Of a DNA stretch of 64,000 nucleotides, positions 1 through 14,402 are shown piece after piece. Each line of letters begins with the position of its first letter. Position 1 is the first letter of the stretch. The stretch comes from Pecten maximus (Eukaryota): assembly GCF_902652985.1 (NCBI RefSeq), contig NC_047030.1:21762001-21826000 (forward strand), written 5' to 3'. The notes under the pieces are model-generated. The model saw only the letters and a list, made by a program, of their open reading frames with translations. It was not told the DNA's origin and did no database searches. The position numbers and the translations under genes are program-made.

Positions 1-559
1 GTGACAATAGAACGAACAGTAATGTCGTTCTAATTTTCGAAACCATCGTCATTTTCAATTTTGTTCAAAACACAAAATTAGTTTGTTGTCAGCTTTACCT
101 ACATATCGCAGATATCCTTAACATACACGGTGATCGTGTGCTCCGGATTTTCCTTCCCCGGATCATGCGAACACTTCAAGGGACACTTTTTCACGACAAA
201 ACTCTCGCCAGATCCCAAATTTGAACCTGATTATCGTCAATACTTACAGGGCATTATGGTCCTAATACACACGACAAAGTAGAGCAGCGGATTACAATAG
301 GCCACTCATGGTTACGCTGTAATGGGTACGATAATGATTGACATTTAATCTTATTTATTTTTGTAATTTACATTCAACACATATTAACAACAAACAGACA
401 ATTGTCTCACTAAACCGCTTATATGTCAGTCGTAGGTGTTTATAAATTAGAGACTCGGGACAAACTGGAGTTAGGTCTAGAAAATAAATTAACTCGGAAG
501 ACGTTGTAGTTGGTACATTGTACAATACAATGGAGTCTTCTTAAGATTAATATGGCTTG

Positions 560-1720
560 TGTTTGCAATTGAACCTTGTTTGTGTTTGCATGTGCACTAT
601 CACCTTGTTAGTTCGGACATTTTGGTTTGCGGACATTGGTTTGTGTGTACAGCAGAACCTTGTTAATTCGGACACTAACACTGGTGTGAGAGTAAAGTAG
701 AACCTTGTTAGTTCGGACACTGGTTTGAGTGTACAGTAGAACCTTGTTAATTCGGACACTGGTTTGTGTATACAGTAGAACCTTTTTAGTTCGGACACTG
801 GTTTGTGTGTACAGTAGAACCTTGTTAGATCGGACACTGGTTTGTGTGTACAGTAGAACCTTGTTAGATTGGACACTGGTTTGTGTGTACAGTAGAACCT
901 TTTTAGTTCGGACACTGGTTTGTGTGTACAGCAGAACCTTGTTAGTTCGGACACTGGTTTGTGTGTACAGCAGAACCTTTTTAATTCGGACACTGGTTTT
1001 AGTGTACAGTTGAACCTTGTTAATTCGGACACTGGTTTGAGAGTACAGTAGAACATTTTGAGTTTGGACACTGGTTTGTGAGTACAGTAAAACCTTGATA
1101 ATTCGGACACTGGTTTGAGAATACAGTAGAATCTTGTTAATTCGGACACTGGTTTGAGTGTATAGTAGAACATTGTTAGTCTGGTCACTTTGGTTTGAGT
1201 GTACAGTAGAACCTTGTTAGCTCGGACACAGGTTTGAGTGTATAGCAGAACATTGTTAGTCTGGTCACTTTGGTTTGAGTGTATAGTAGAACCTTGTTAG
1301 TTCAGACATTTTCGTTTGAGGACATTGGTTTGTGTGTAAAGTAAACCTTGTTAATTCGGACACTGGTTTGAGTGTACAGCAGAACCTTGTTAGATTGGAC
1401 ACTGGTTTGCGTGTACAGTAGAACCTTGTTAGATCGGACACTGGTTTGTGTGTACAGCAGAACCTTGTTAGATCGGACACTGGTTTGTGTGTACAGTAGA
1501 ACCTTGTTAGTTCGGACACTGGTGTGAGAGTACAGTAGAATCTTGTTAGATCGGACACTGGTTTGAGAGTACAGTAGAATCTTGTTAATTCGGACACTGG
1601 TTTCAGTGTACAGTAGAACATTGTTAGTCTGGTCACTTTAGGTTCGAGTGTACAGTAGAACCTTGTTAGCTCGGACATTTTCGTTTGCGGACACTGGTTT
1701 GTGTGTACAGTGAAACATTT
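560..1720. repeat. 39-bp minisatellite (GTACAGTAGAACCTTGTTAGTTCGGACACTGGTTTGTGT)
   Basis: Direct tandem copies; explains the 13-aa periodic ORFs. Confidence 0.95.
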
Positions 1721-1744
1721 TTTGTTTACATTTAGACATTTCGC

Positions 1745-2325
1745 TTATCATAAGAGGTCATGTGCAGGTTTTACCATAATTCACTTCTGTGATATTGAAA
1801 TGGGGGCAATATACATTCAATCCATCATATTCTTGGTCCAATAGCATGGCCACTGAGCTTTTTGGTCAACATACTGACCCCTTATGACCTTAAGTGTTAA
1901 GCACTGTTATTCATTTCAACAAACTTGATAACCTGGTCCTCTTTGTTATCGGTACAAGTCGTTTAAATATTTTAACACATTTTACCAATGACACTGAAAG
2001 TACCTTTTAAGTCAATATTATTTATTTTAACAAACTTAATTGCTCATCAACCAGTCATTCTACAAAACAACTACCACGTCCCTGTTCTTTTCAGCAAATG
2101 AGAAGTTAGAGATTTTATGACCTTGAACGTAGGTCAACGTCGTTAATTGAACAACTTTGTTGCCAATGTCAATGTGGACCAGTATTATTGCCCTCGGCCC
2201 TGTTCAGTGTTTGTTAGAATATGTCGTTTGAAGGAAAACGAAGGACGATAGACGGATGAATTGACTGACAGACGAACGTTTTATCGCGGTATAAGCTCAC
2301 TTGTCGTCGGATAGATGAGCTAAAA
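1745..2325 (-). mobile_element. Degenerate HINE/DINE-1-like (Helentron-associated) element
   Basis: Minus-strand head TTTTAGCTCATCT..AGTGAGCTTAT hairpin followed by a decayed GTCC/GTCT microsatellite. Confidence 0.55.
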
Positions 2326-2788
2326 CTCGGTTGACCTTATCGGGTATAAATACCTGTTCCAATATTGACCAGTCGAGGCGTAATACGATAAGTAGATTAA
2401 CCGGACATTCATACACCTTAAACTGTAACAATTAACATTATATAGGTCAGGCTATAATGCTTAATCCTTTCTGTACATATCAAATATACTTAGTGTTTTT
2501 GTGAAGAGGATTTGACATCAAACAATAGAATACCGGGCATATTTTTTGTCGTTTTGTCACTTCTATATTTGAAACAGAACCAGAAAATATACTGCTGATC
2601 AGTATCCAGATTAACGCCGTTACTGCAACACCATAACCTCGGTGTGAACTCTTGTATAAATCAACCTCAACATTTATACACACTGATGTCACCAAATATT
2701 GATACATCACATCAGCACTGACCGACTTTATTACATCATTGCGGCACTGGCCCACTATGTTACGTCACACCGACACTGGTCCACTACG

Positions 2789-2921
2789 CAATCTAATTAA
2801 AATTAGACTTGTAATTTCCACTCCTCTACGATACTCTACGATACACTGCAATACATTGTATTGAAGTGTATCGTAAAGTTTTGTAGAGGAGCGGAAATTA
2901 CAAGTCTAATTTTAATTAAAT
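2789..2921. mobile_element. Foldback (near-perfect palindrome) MITE-like element
   Basis: AATTAGACTTGTAATTTCCACTCCTCTAC...GTAGAGGAGCGGAAATTACAAGTCTAATT; arms ~60 bp. Confidence 0.7.
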
Positions 2922-2984
2922 TGGTCCACTACGTTACCTCACAGCGGCACTGGCCAACATTGTTACGTCACAGCGGATTCGGCC

Positions 2985-5900
2985 ACTATGTTATGTCAGA
3001 ACCTCATGACACATCACAGCCACATGACATATCACAACCACACGACACACTATGACACATCACAGCTACGACGCACTGACATATCACAACCACATGACAC
3101 ACGGACACATCACAGCCACATGACACATGACAGCCACACTATGACAAATCACAGCCACACGACACACTATGACACATCACAGCCACACGACACACTGACA
3201 CATCACAGCCACATGACACATCACAACCACATGACACACTATGACACATCACAGCCATATGACACACTATGACACATCAGTCACATGACACACTATGTCA
3301 CATCACAGCCACGACACACTATGTCAAATCACAGCCACGACACATTATGACACATCACAGCCACATGACACACTGTCACATCACAGCCACGACACACTTT
3401 GTCACATCACAGCCACATGACACACTATGTCACATCACAGCCACGACACACTATGTCACATCACAGCCACATGACACACTATGACACATCACAGCCACGA
3501 CACACTATGACACATCACAGTCACATGACACATTTTGACACATCACAGCCACATGGCACACTATGACACATCACAGCCACATGACACACTATGACACATT
3601 ACTGCCACATGACACTGTGACACATCACAGCCACATGACACATCACAGGTCACATGACACACCGACACATCATAGCCACATAAAACACTGACACATCACA
3701 GCCGCGACACACCGACACATCACAGTCGTATGACAAACTACGACACATAACAGCCACATGGCACACTATGACACATCACAGCCACACAACACACAGCCAC
3801 ATGACACACTATGACATATCACAGCCACATGACACACTATGACACATCACAGCCATATGACACACTATGACACATCAGTCACATGACACACTATGTCACA
3901 TCACAGCCACATGACACACTTTGTCACATCACAGCCACATGACACACTATGTCACATCACAGTCACGACACACTATGTCACATCACAGCCACATGACACA
4001 CTATGACACGACAGCCACATTAAACATGACACATCACAGCCACATGACACACTATGACACATTACTGCCACATGACACTGTGACACACCACAGCCACATG
4101 ACACATCACAGGTCACATGACACACCGTAACATCATAGCCACATAAAACACTGACACATCACAGCCGCGACACACCGACACATCACAGTCACATGACAAA
4201 CTACGACACATCACAGCCACATGGCACACTATGACACATCACAGCAACACAGCCACATGACACACTATGACAAATTAAGTCACATGACAAACTATGACAC
4301 ACCACAGCCACATGACACACTATGACACATCACAGCCACGACACACTGACACATGACAGCAACATGACACAATATGACACAATACTGCCACATGACACAT
4401 CACAACCACATGACACACTATGACACATGAAAGCCACACGACACACTATGACAAATTACAGCCATATGACACACTATGACACATCACAGCCACATGACAC
4501 ACTATGACACATCACAGTCACATGACACACTATGACACATTACTGCCACATGACAAACTATGACACATCACAGCCACGACACACTATGACACATCACAGC
4601 CACATGACACACTCTGACACATCACAGCCACATGACACACTATGACAAATCACAGCCACATGACACAACTATGACACATCACAGCCACATGACTCACTAT
4701 GACACATCATAGCCACGACACACTGACACATGACATCCACATGACACACTATGACACATTACTGTCACTTGACACATCACAACCACATGACACACTATGA
4801 CACGTCATAGCCACATGACACACCATAGCCACGACACACTGACACATGACATCCACATGACACACTATGACACATTACTGCCACTTGACACATCACAACC
4901 ACACAACACACTATGACAAATTACAGCCATATGACAGACTGACACATCACAGCCACGACACACTATGACACATCACAGCCACATGACACACTCTGACACA
5001 TCACAGCCACATGACACACTATGACACATCACAGCCACATGACATACTATGACACATTACTGTCACATGACACACTATGACACATCACAGCCACACGACA
5101 CACTATGACACATCACAGCCACATGACACACTATGACACATCACAGCCATATGACACACTATGACGCATCACAGCCATATGACAAACTATGACACATCAC
5201 AGCCACGACACACTATGACACATCACAGCCACATGACACACTATGACACATCACAGCCACATGACACACTATGACACATTACTGCCACATGACACACTAT
5301 GACACATCACAGCCACGACACACTATGACACATCACAGCCACATGACACAACAGTCACATGACAAACTATGACACACCACAGCCACATGACACACTATGA
5401 CACATCACAGCCACGACACATTGACACATGACAGCCACATGACACACTATGACACATCACTGCCACATGACACATCACAACCACATGACACACTATGACA
5501 CATGACAGCCACACGACACATTATGAGAAATCACAGCCATATGACAGACTGATACATCACAGCCACGACATACTATGACACATCACAGTCACATGACAAA
5601 CTATGACACATCACAGCCACATGACACACTATGACACATCACAGCCACATGACACACTATGACACATCACAGCCACATGTCACACTATGACACATTACTG
5701 CCACATGACACACTATGACACATCACAACCACATGGCACACTATGACACATCACAGCCACATGTCACACTATGACACATCACAGCCATATGAAACACTAT
5801 GACGCATCACAGCCATATGACACTGACACATCACAGCCACACTATGACACATCACAGTCACGACACACCGACACATCACAGCCACACGACACTGACACAT

Positions 5901-8900
5901 CACAGCCACATGACACACTGACATATCACAGCCACATGACACACTATGACACTTCACAGACACACGACACATCACAGCAACATGTCACACTATGATACAT
6001 TACTGCCACATGACACTGTGACACATCACAGCCACATGACACATCACAGTCACATGACACACTATAACACATCACAGCCACGACACATCACAGCCACATG
6101 ACACACTATGACACACCAGTCACATGACACACTGACACATCACAGCCACATGACACACTCTGACACATCACAGCCACATGACACACTATGACACATCACA
6201 GCCACATGACACACTATGACACATTACTGCCACATGACACACTATGACACATCACAGCCACAAGACACACTGACACATCACAGCCACATGACACACTATG
6301 ACACATCATAACCACGACACACTGACACATGACATCCACATGACACACTATGACACATTACTGCCACTTGACACATCACAACCACATGACAAACTATGAC
6401 ACATCATAGCCACATGACACACTATGACACATCATAGCCACGACACACTGACACATGACATCCACATGACACACTATGACACATTACTGCCACTTGACCA
6501 TCACAACCACACAACACACTATGACAAATTACAGCCATATGACAGACTGACACATCACAGCCACGACACACTATGACACATCACAGTCACATGACAAACT
6601 ATGACACATCACAGCCACGACACACTATGACACATCACAGCCACATGACACACTCTGACACATTACAGCCACATGACACACTATGACACATCACAGCCAC
6701 ATGACACACTCTGACACATCACAGCCACATGACACACTATGACACATCACAGCCACACGACACACTATGACCCATTACTGCCACATGACACACTATGACA
6801 CATCACAGCCACACGACACACTATGACACATCACAGCCACATGACACACTATGACACATCACAGCCATATGACACACTATGACGCATCACAGCCATATGA
6901 CAAACTATGACACATCACAGCCACGACACACTATGACACATCACAGCCACATGACACACTATGACACATCACAGCCACATGACACACTATGACACATCAC
7001 AGACACACGACACATCACAGCCACATGACACACTATGACACATTACTGCCACATGACACTGTGACACATCACAGCCACATGACACACCAGTCACATGACA
7101 CACTATAACACATCACAGCCACGACACATCACAGCCACATGACACACTATGACACACCACAGTCACATGACACACTGACACATCACAGCCACATGACACA
7201 CTATGACACATCACAGCCACATGACACACTATGACACATTACTGCCACATGACACACTATGACACATCACAGCCACAAGACACACTATGACACATCACAG
7301 CCACATGACAAACTATGACACATCATAGCCACATGACACACTATGACACATCATAGCCACGACACACTGACACATGACATCCACATGACACACTATGACA
7401 CATTACTGCCACTTGACACATCACAACCACACAACACACTATGACAAATTACAGCCATATGACAGACTGACACATCACAGCCACGACACACTATGACACA
7501 TCACAGTCACATGACAAACTATGACACATCACAGCCACGACACACTATGACACATCACAGCCATATGACACATCACAGCCACATGACACACTATGACACA
7601 TCACAGCCACATGACACACTGACACATCACAGCCACATGACACACTATGACACATCACAGCCACATGACACACTATGACACATTACTGCCACATGACACA
7701 CTATGACACATCACAGCCACACGACACACTGACACATCACAGCCACATGACACACTATGACACATCACAGCCATATGACACACTATGACGCATCACAGCC
7801 ATATGACAAACTATGACACATCACAGCCACGACACACTATGACACATCACAGCCACATGACACACTATGACACATCACAGCCACATGACACACTATGACA
7901 CATTACTGCCACATGACACACTATGACACATCACAGCCACATGACACACTATGACACATTACTGCCACATGACACACTATGACACATCACAGCCACACGA
8001 CACACTATGACACATCACAGCCACATGACACACTATGACACATCACAGCCATGACACACTATGACGCATCACAGCCATATGACAAACTATGACACATCAC
8101 AGCCACGACACACTATGACACATCACAGCCACATGACACACTATGACACATCACAGCCACATGACACACTATGACACATTACTGCCACATGACACACTAT
8201 GAAACATCACAGCCACGACACACTATGACACATCACAGCCACATGACAAACTATGACACACCACAGCCACATGACACACTATGACACATCACAGCCACGA
8301 CACATTGACACATGACAGCCACATGACACACAATGACACATTACTGCCACATGACACATCACAACCACATGACACACTATGACATATGACAGCCACACGA
8401 CACACTATGAGAAATCACAGCCATATGACAGACTGATACATCACAGCCACGACATACTATGACACATCAGTCACATGACAAACTATGACACATCACAGCC
8501 ATATGACACACTATGACACATCACAGCCACATGACACACTATGACACATCACAGCCACATGACACACTATGACACATTACTGCCACATGACACACTATGA
8601 CACATCACAACCACATGGCACACTATGACACATCACAGCCACACGACACACTATGACACATCACAGCCACACGACACCGACACATCACAGCTACGACACA
8701 TCACAGCCACACGACACACTATGACACATCACAGCCACATGTCACACTATGACACATCACAGCCATATGACACACTATGACGCATCACAGCCATATGACA
8801 CTGACACATCACAGCCACACTATGACACATCACAGCCACGACACACCGACACATCACAGCCACACGACACTGACACATCACAGCCACATGACACACTGAC

Positions 8901-9160
8901 ATATCACAGCCACATGACACACTATGACACATCAGACACACGTCACATCACAGCCACATGACACACTATGACACATTACTGCCACATGACACTGTGACAC
9001 ATCACAGCCACATGACACATCACAGTCACATGACACACTATAACACATCACAGCCACGACACACCGACACATCACAGCCACATGACACACTATGACACAC
9101 CACAGTCACATGACACACTATGACATATCACAGTCACATGACACACTAAGACACATGACT
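2985..9160. repeat. ~6.2-kb 28-bp satellite (TGACACATCACAGCCACATGACACACTA)
   Basis: 18+10-nt subunits both starting TGACACA; strongly A/C-skewed; degenerate edge from ~2700. Confidence 0.97.
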
Positions 9161-10405
9161 ACAGGCATACACTGACAATGTATTAAATATATGGAGTTAT
9201 ATATGGCCATATATTTGTATACAAACAATCTTGTCCATCAGACCCCAGCAGGATTTAATGTGGAAGGTTATTATTGCCTCTTTAAGTGAAACTACACTCC
9301 AAACAGTAATTATTCACACATCCTGGGCAAGGGGAGGTTACTCTTAGTCTGGTCGAGTAATAAAACACAACTTAACACAACATTTATAACAGGAGTCTTG
9401 TATTCAGTTTAAAACAGCCATATTTCAACACAGTCTATAAGGTAAACGATTAACATTTAATATGGAATGTCAGATCAATCAGTAAACTATCTACAACTCA
9501 CAATGGGCCATTAATGTCTGCATCATTAAAACATTAAAGATTTATCTCGTTTCTCAATAAAATCTAATCTGCCAATTAAACACAAGCATGCATATACCGA
9601 TATTTACTTAATATATTCAATAATAATATTGGATAATTATAGAAATTCACATTTAATTAAGATTTATAAAAAAAAAATTATGGTAAATATTCCTATTTAA
9701 ATAGTAAGAATTGTGTAATAGAGTCTTACTTCCATACTTAACTGTATCATGATTTCATCAGATCTCTTTCTTCAGAACTCAACAACTATTTCTATACAAA
9801 AATAATTGATTCTTCCAATTTATATTTTGATGAATAAATGAAAAAGACATCATCATAATTCAGAAATCTGCAACTGGAGCAAAATTACAGTACAGTAGCA
9901 GTTCTAGGATTCGGAACATTTTGGCATAATTTCACTATAATATGATGATAAGGTGACATCATCATTCTACCTACATCTTATCACAAGTGACATAAGCATT
10001 GATGATTATATGAAAACATAACATGCATAGATCATTCTCTGAGAAAAATAAGGTTTAGTCATTATATGACATACATGTATAACAGTACCTGTTGTGTTAT
10101 TGTATAGATGTGATGCTTGTTATTGTGTACTAAGCTCTATATCCTGAATATATATAGCATACATAATACTAAATTCACATTTACACTGAAGCCCCAATAT
10201 ATAACTTTACCAAGCTTACTTGGTTACAAGTCCATAACTTCAAAATGATGTCATTATTATTGTGACATCATATTTGTCATGTCGGCGATAACGAAAGATG
10301 GCTGTTAAAAAGGCTGTTTCGTTTTTGATGATGATAATTTGCTTATTCATCATAGGAGCAAAATTCCTGGATATAGTCTTTAAAAATCGTTGTCAAATGT
10401 AAATA

Positions 10406-10565
10406 TAAACATTTAACTGCTTTAAGTTGGAAGTTATGGGCTGATGAATGCCAACTGGACAAAGACAAATTCAACATGAAGCGCTAGCACGCTTCATTAA
10501 ATTTTTCTTTGTCCAGTTGGCATTAATCAGCCCATAACTTCCAACTGATAGCAGTTCAATGCTTA
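10406..10565. mobile_element. Foldback palindromic MITE-like element
   Basis: AGTTGGAAGTTATGGGCTGATGAATGCCAACTGGACAAAG...CTTTGTCCAGTTGGCATTAATCAGCCCATAACTTCCAACT. Confidence 0.75.
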
Positions 10566-10995
10566 AATGAACCTTTTTAAAAATCAAACATCATGTAGCA
10601 ATCTATGTATACATGTAATACAATATACATTACATTGTATGTAAAGTAAAATCATCATATATCATTTTAATTAAGTTGTATTTAAAATACATTTCACATT
10701 ATATTTATATAAAGATTGCCAAGTCCCCTGGTGATTTAATATGTCCCAAGTCTCATCAAAAGTATTTATCTCAAAAGAATATTCCGTCTGTCTTCAACAA
10801 ATCTCTACATATATCATAATTAGATCTAAAAACTGCTTCCTTCTAATTTTCTAATTTGATGGCTTCATAAGTTGTGATAATTTGTGGAAAACCCTTTTAA
10901 GTATTTTTTAATGTAATCTAAATAACAATGAACTTCATTCTATACAATTGTTCATTTTGGAGTGCAGCTCTATAGGTTCCTGTATTGGAATATTA

Positions 10996-11026
<31 letters not shown>

Positions 11027-13419
11027 AAAATTTGGTAACTCAAATATGTTTAAATATGCTTAAAATCAAATGTAAAATCATCACACAAGGCCCAGTTTGA
11101 TCAATGTTCCTTAAATTCCTGATCTTATTTTCTAATTTAACATTCAATAAACTCTTGTTTAACAAATAAAACATTCAATATTGACAGTTAGACACCTGAC
11201 GATATATCAGGAACGGACCTGTCCATGTTAACATGTACGACACAGTATGGTCGCAATACTTAATTTACAAATCACAGCATCATTACACGGCAATGATCAC
11301 TACCAGTTAATATTGCACAGAATGTATCATTCACAAAAAAAAAAAAATGAAAAAAAATGAATAAAATGAAAATAGGGTATACATGTAATTCGTTCCTAGA
11401 TTCCAGCCATTATTTCAAAACACAGGGATTTCACACAATTACCCAACCACACAGTCAATGTATTATAAGTTCAATGTAATACACAAATAAGGACTGTCTG
11501 GCTGATAATTTATGGGGGTGGGGGTGGTGGCTACATGTGGGTAAGGTCAGAGGGTGGGGGTTACATGTGGGCAGGGTCAGAGGGTGGGGGTTACATGTGG
11601 GCGGGGTTACATGTGGGTGGAGGTAGGAGAATCTCTCTTAAAATAAAGACTCCTATCAAATTAAAATCCCTGCTGAAATAAAGATTTCCACTGATTCAGA
11701 TCTTTGCTAAAATGAGACACTAAAATAAAATCTCGCACAAAAAAAAAAAAAAAAAAAAATTCTATGTTAAATGAATGACTCTCGCTACAGTAAGTGCATC
11801 TTGACAGTAAACATGAGGATATCAATACAGTAAATAAATTTCAATATGACTAGATACATGTATCCATATATTAACACTTAGAAAATGTGCAAAGTGTGAA
11901 TAACATTGAGGGCACAGTATGAGCATCATACAGCTAATGGTACAACTGTACAATGGCTCTTGGATTACCAGAATTATATTGATTCTGCTTGAGTGTGCTA
12001 ATTGCAATCTCTGTAGTGTATTATTTTCCATTTTGTGTCATGACACTGCAAATATTTACGGTAACATAAACAATAGAAATATCCCATTTCCGGTGTAAAT
12101 TTGGTATTCTATAACAATGGCATATCTCTGGCTATTATGTCTGTCAAACATATCTGTAAGTTATTAAAATGTAAAGGTTAGGTCCTTACCACACCTAAAT
12201 ACAGATCTATAAAATTTGTATTTATTTTGAAATACAGTATATATATTTTGTATTTATTTTGAAATACATTTCTATAAAACTTGTATTTATCTTAAAATAT
12301 AGATCTATCAGATATTTAGTCAATAAACATGTTACAACTTACTTTGAGATAAACATCAATAAGTATTTTATCAACAAATTATCAGTGTATTATTATTTAA
12401 ATTTTAAAATAAATAAAATACACATTCATCTAATATTCATTAAACGAAATTGACATTTTCTTTAAAATAAAAATCAATAAGTATTTAATCAATAGTTTTT
12501 AAAATTTATCTTTAATATTATAAAATACAGATCTGTTGGAAGGGTATTTAAAATCAACAACTCATTAAAATGAAATTTTAAAAATTGATCAGGCAAAAAA
12601 CACTTGATCACTAATCCCATTACTATTTAGTCCAGACAATTTTAAACTTTTAAAGTAAAACTGAATTTTCTTTTTACTAAGTAGATCTAAAAGTGATTTT
12701 TTTTAACTAAATAAAACTGAATTTCCTTCTTAATTCAGTTAAACAGTTAAAATACTGTAAAGAAGTCTACCATGTCAGTAACTGTTTATGCTATTAAAAC
12801 ATGAGCTGTTAACCCGCATTTACATAAAATTGTGTTAATCTCATTTTAAAAATACATAATCATGCAAAATTGAAATTATACAAATAAATCAAAAATAAAA
12901 TAGAACCCCTCTCACAGCATGTAAAACTAATGTTTGTGTATCTTTAGCACTTAATGTTTGATTTATGTGAACTGAATGTACTTCTTTGAAGATACTTCAG
13001 CAACAATGTCCAAAGCATTATGAAGAATATGACGTATTCATTCAAATACAGATTTGGACAGTTATTGGTTTTTTTGTTATCGTTGAAGAAAAATTTAAAA
13101 GATACTTTTTAGATATTAAACATCTGGACTGTAAAGTATAACGGGAGTCATAATGATAGTAAAATTATAGGATGGTTGGTAAACAAAAAAAATGTACATG
13201 GCACAGATCCTAATAATATATTACTTTCATGTTTCACACAAAATAAGAAATCTGTATACATCTGTATACAATAGACGAACCCTGTTGAGATACGCGGGGA
13301 GGCATTGAGAAATGATGACCCCTGTATCACATACAACTGTAAAGCACCAAGATAGAGATTTGACAGGAATGGTATGTAAATTTGACACTTTCTAGCTTAG
13401 AATACATTAAATGCATATT

Positions 13420-13886
13420 ATTTCAGTTTCTACCACAATACGCTGTTATTCCACTCTAAAGCCATTGTATGAATGTGCCGACGGTTGAATATATAAATGT
13501 TATATTCCACTAGTGGAATATGACCTTCTGGTCTTTTAATTGGTCAAGAATTCGAACTTTAACCTGAGCTGCAATTGTTATTGACGTCATCAATAATCGA
13601 ATGACGTCACATCACCGGGTCCAGGCCATCACCTGTACACCTTATTTGCATATGCGAAAAAAGACTTGGCCATGTTTCCTTTTGATTCAAGCCGATATTA
13701 TTGTGGTAGAAACAGGTCACACGACTCGTGATTTTTGAATATGGAATTTATTTCGCACTCGTAAGTTGTTTTTTAACAGTTACAAAAAACACTTGCTTAA
13801 GCTTGTGTCTTTTGTAATATTTAAAAAATAACTTACGAGTGTGAAATAAATTCCATATCCAACAATCACTCGTTGTGTAACCTCTA
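13420..13886. mobile_element. Composite non-autonomous element ending in a ~170-bp palindrome
   Basis: Palindrome 13714-13883 (ATATGGAATTTATTTCGCACTCGTAAGTT / AACTTACGAGTGTGAAATAAATTCCATAT) plus inverted pair TTTCTACCACAATA (13427) / TATTGTGGTAGAAA (13699). Confidence 0.65.
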
Positions 13887-14402
13887 TATATATATCAATT
13901 TACTTCAATCATACATCGTCATTTTCCCCCATTCACATTACCTGTGAGTATGCTATCATTACTTGAAAGACTTGATTTTAATATTTGTCATTCGGATACA
14001 TCTCAACATCAGTTAAATCTATGGATCACAGTTAATCACATGATATAGATCCAACCAACCCTATGTCAGTTAAATCTACAGGCTCATTAAAGACCAAAAA
14101 CAAAAGCAGGTTTGTTTTCTGTATCTCAGCTCACCAAACAAAAATGAGTCAACTAGAAAAAAAATACATATTTAAACAATCGTGATATACAGGTATCCAA
14201 GTACATCTAATTAACTAATGTTAGATAATTCCTAGCAATTAAGGTATCACATAGCATTGTTTCCACATAAGAAGCTCTGGTACATTTTTTTCTTGATACA
14301 TCCCATAACCTGAATCCCTTCATTTTTACATAGTAGAATTTCTAGGAAACACATGTTATCAGCTTTGTAATCTCCATTGCCCTTGCTCCAGTCCACTAGT
14401 TC

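Noticed and set aside
1-330. CpG-rich stretch with minus-strand donor-like sites
   Set aside because: No recognisable protein and truncated by the window edge; it may be a neighbouring gene's 5' end but cannot be supported.
547-8961. Cys- or His/Thr-rich repetitive ORFs
   Set aside because: Translations of the 39-bp and 28-bp satellites; no splice or codon evidence.
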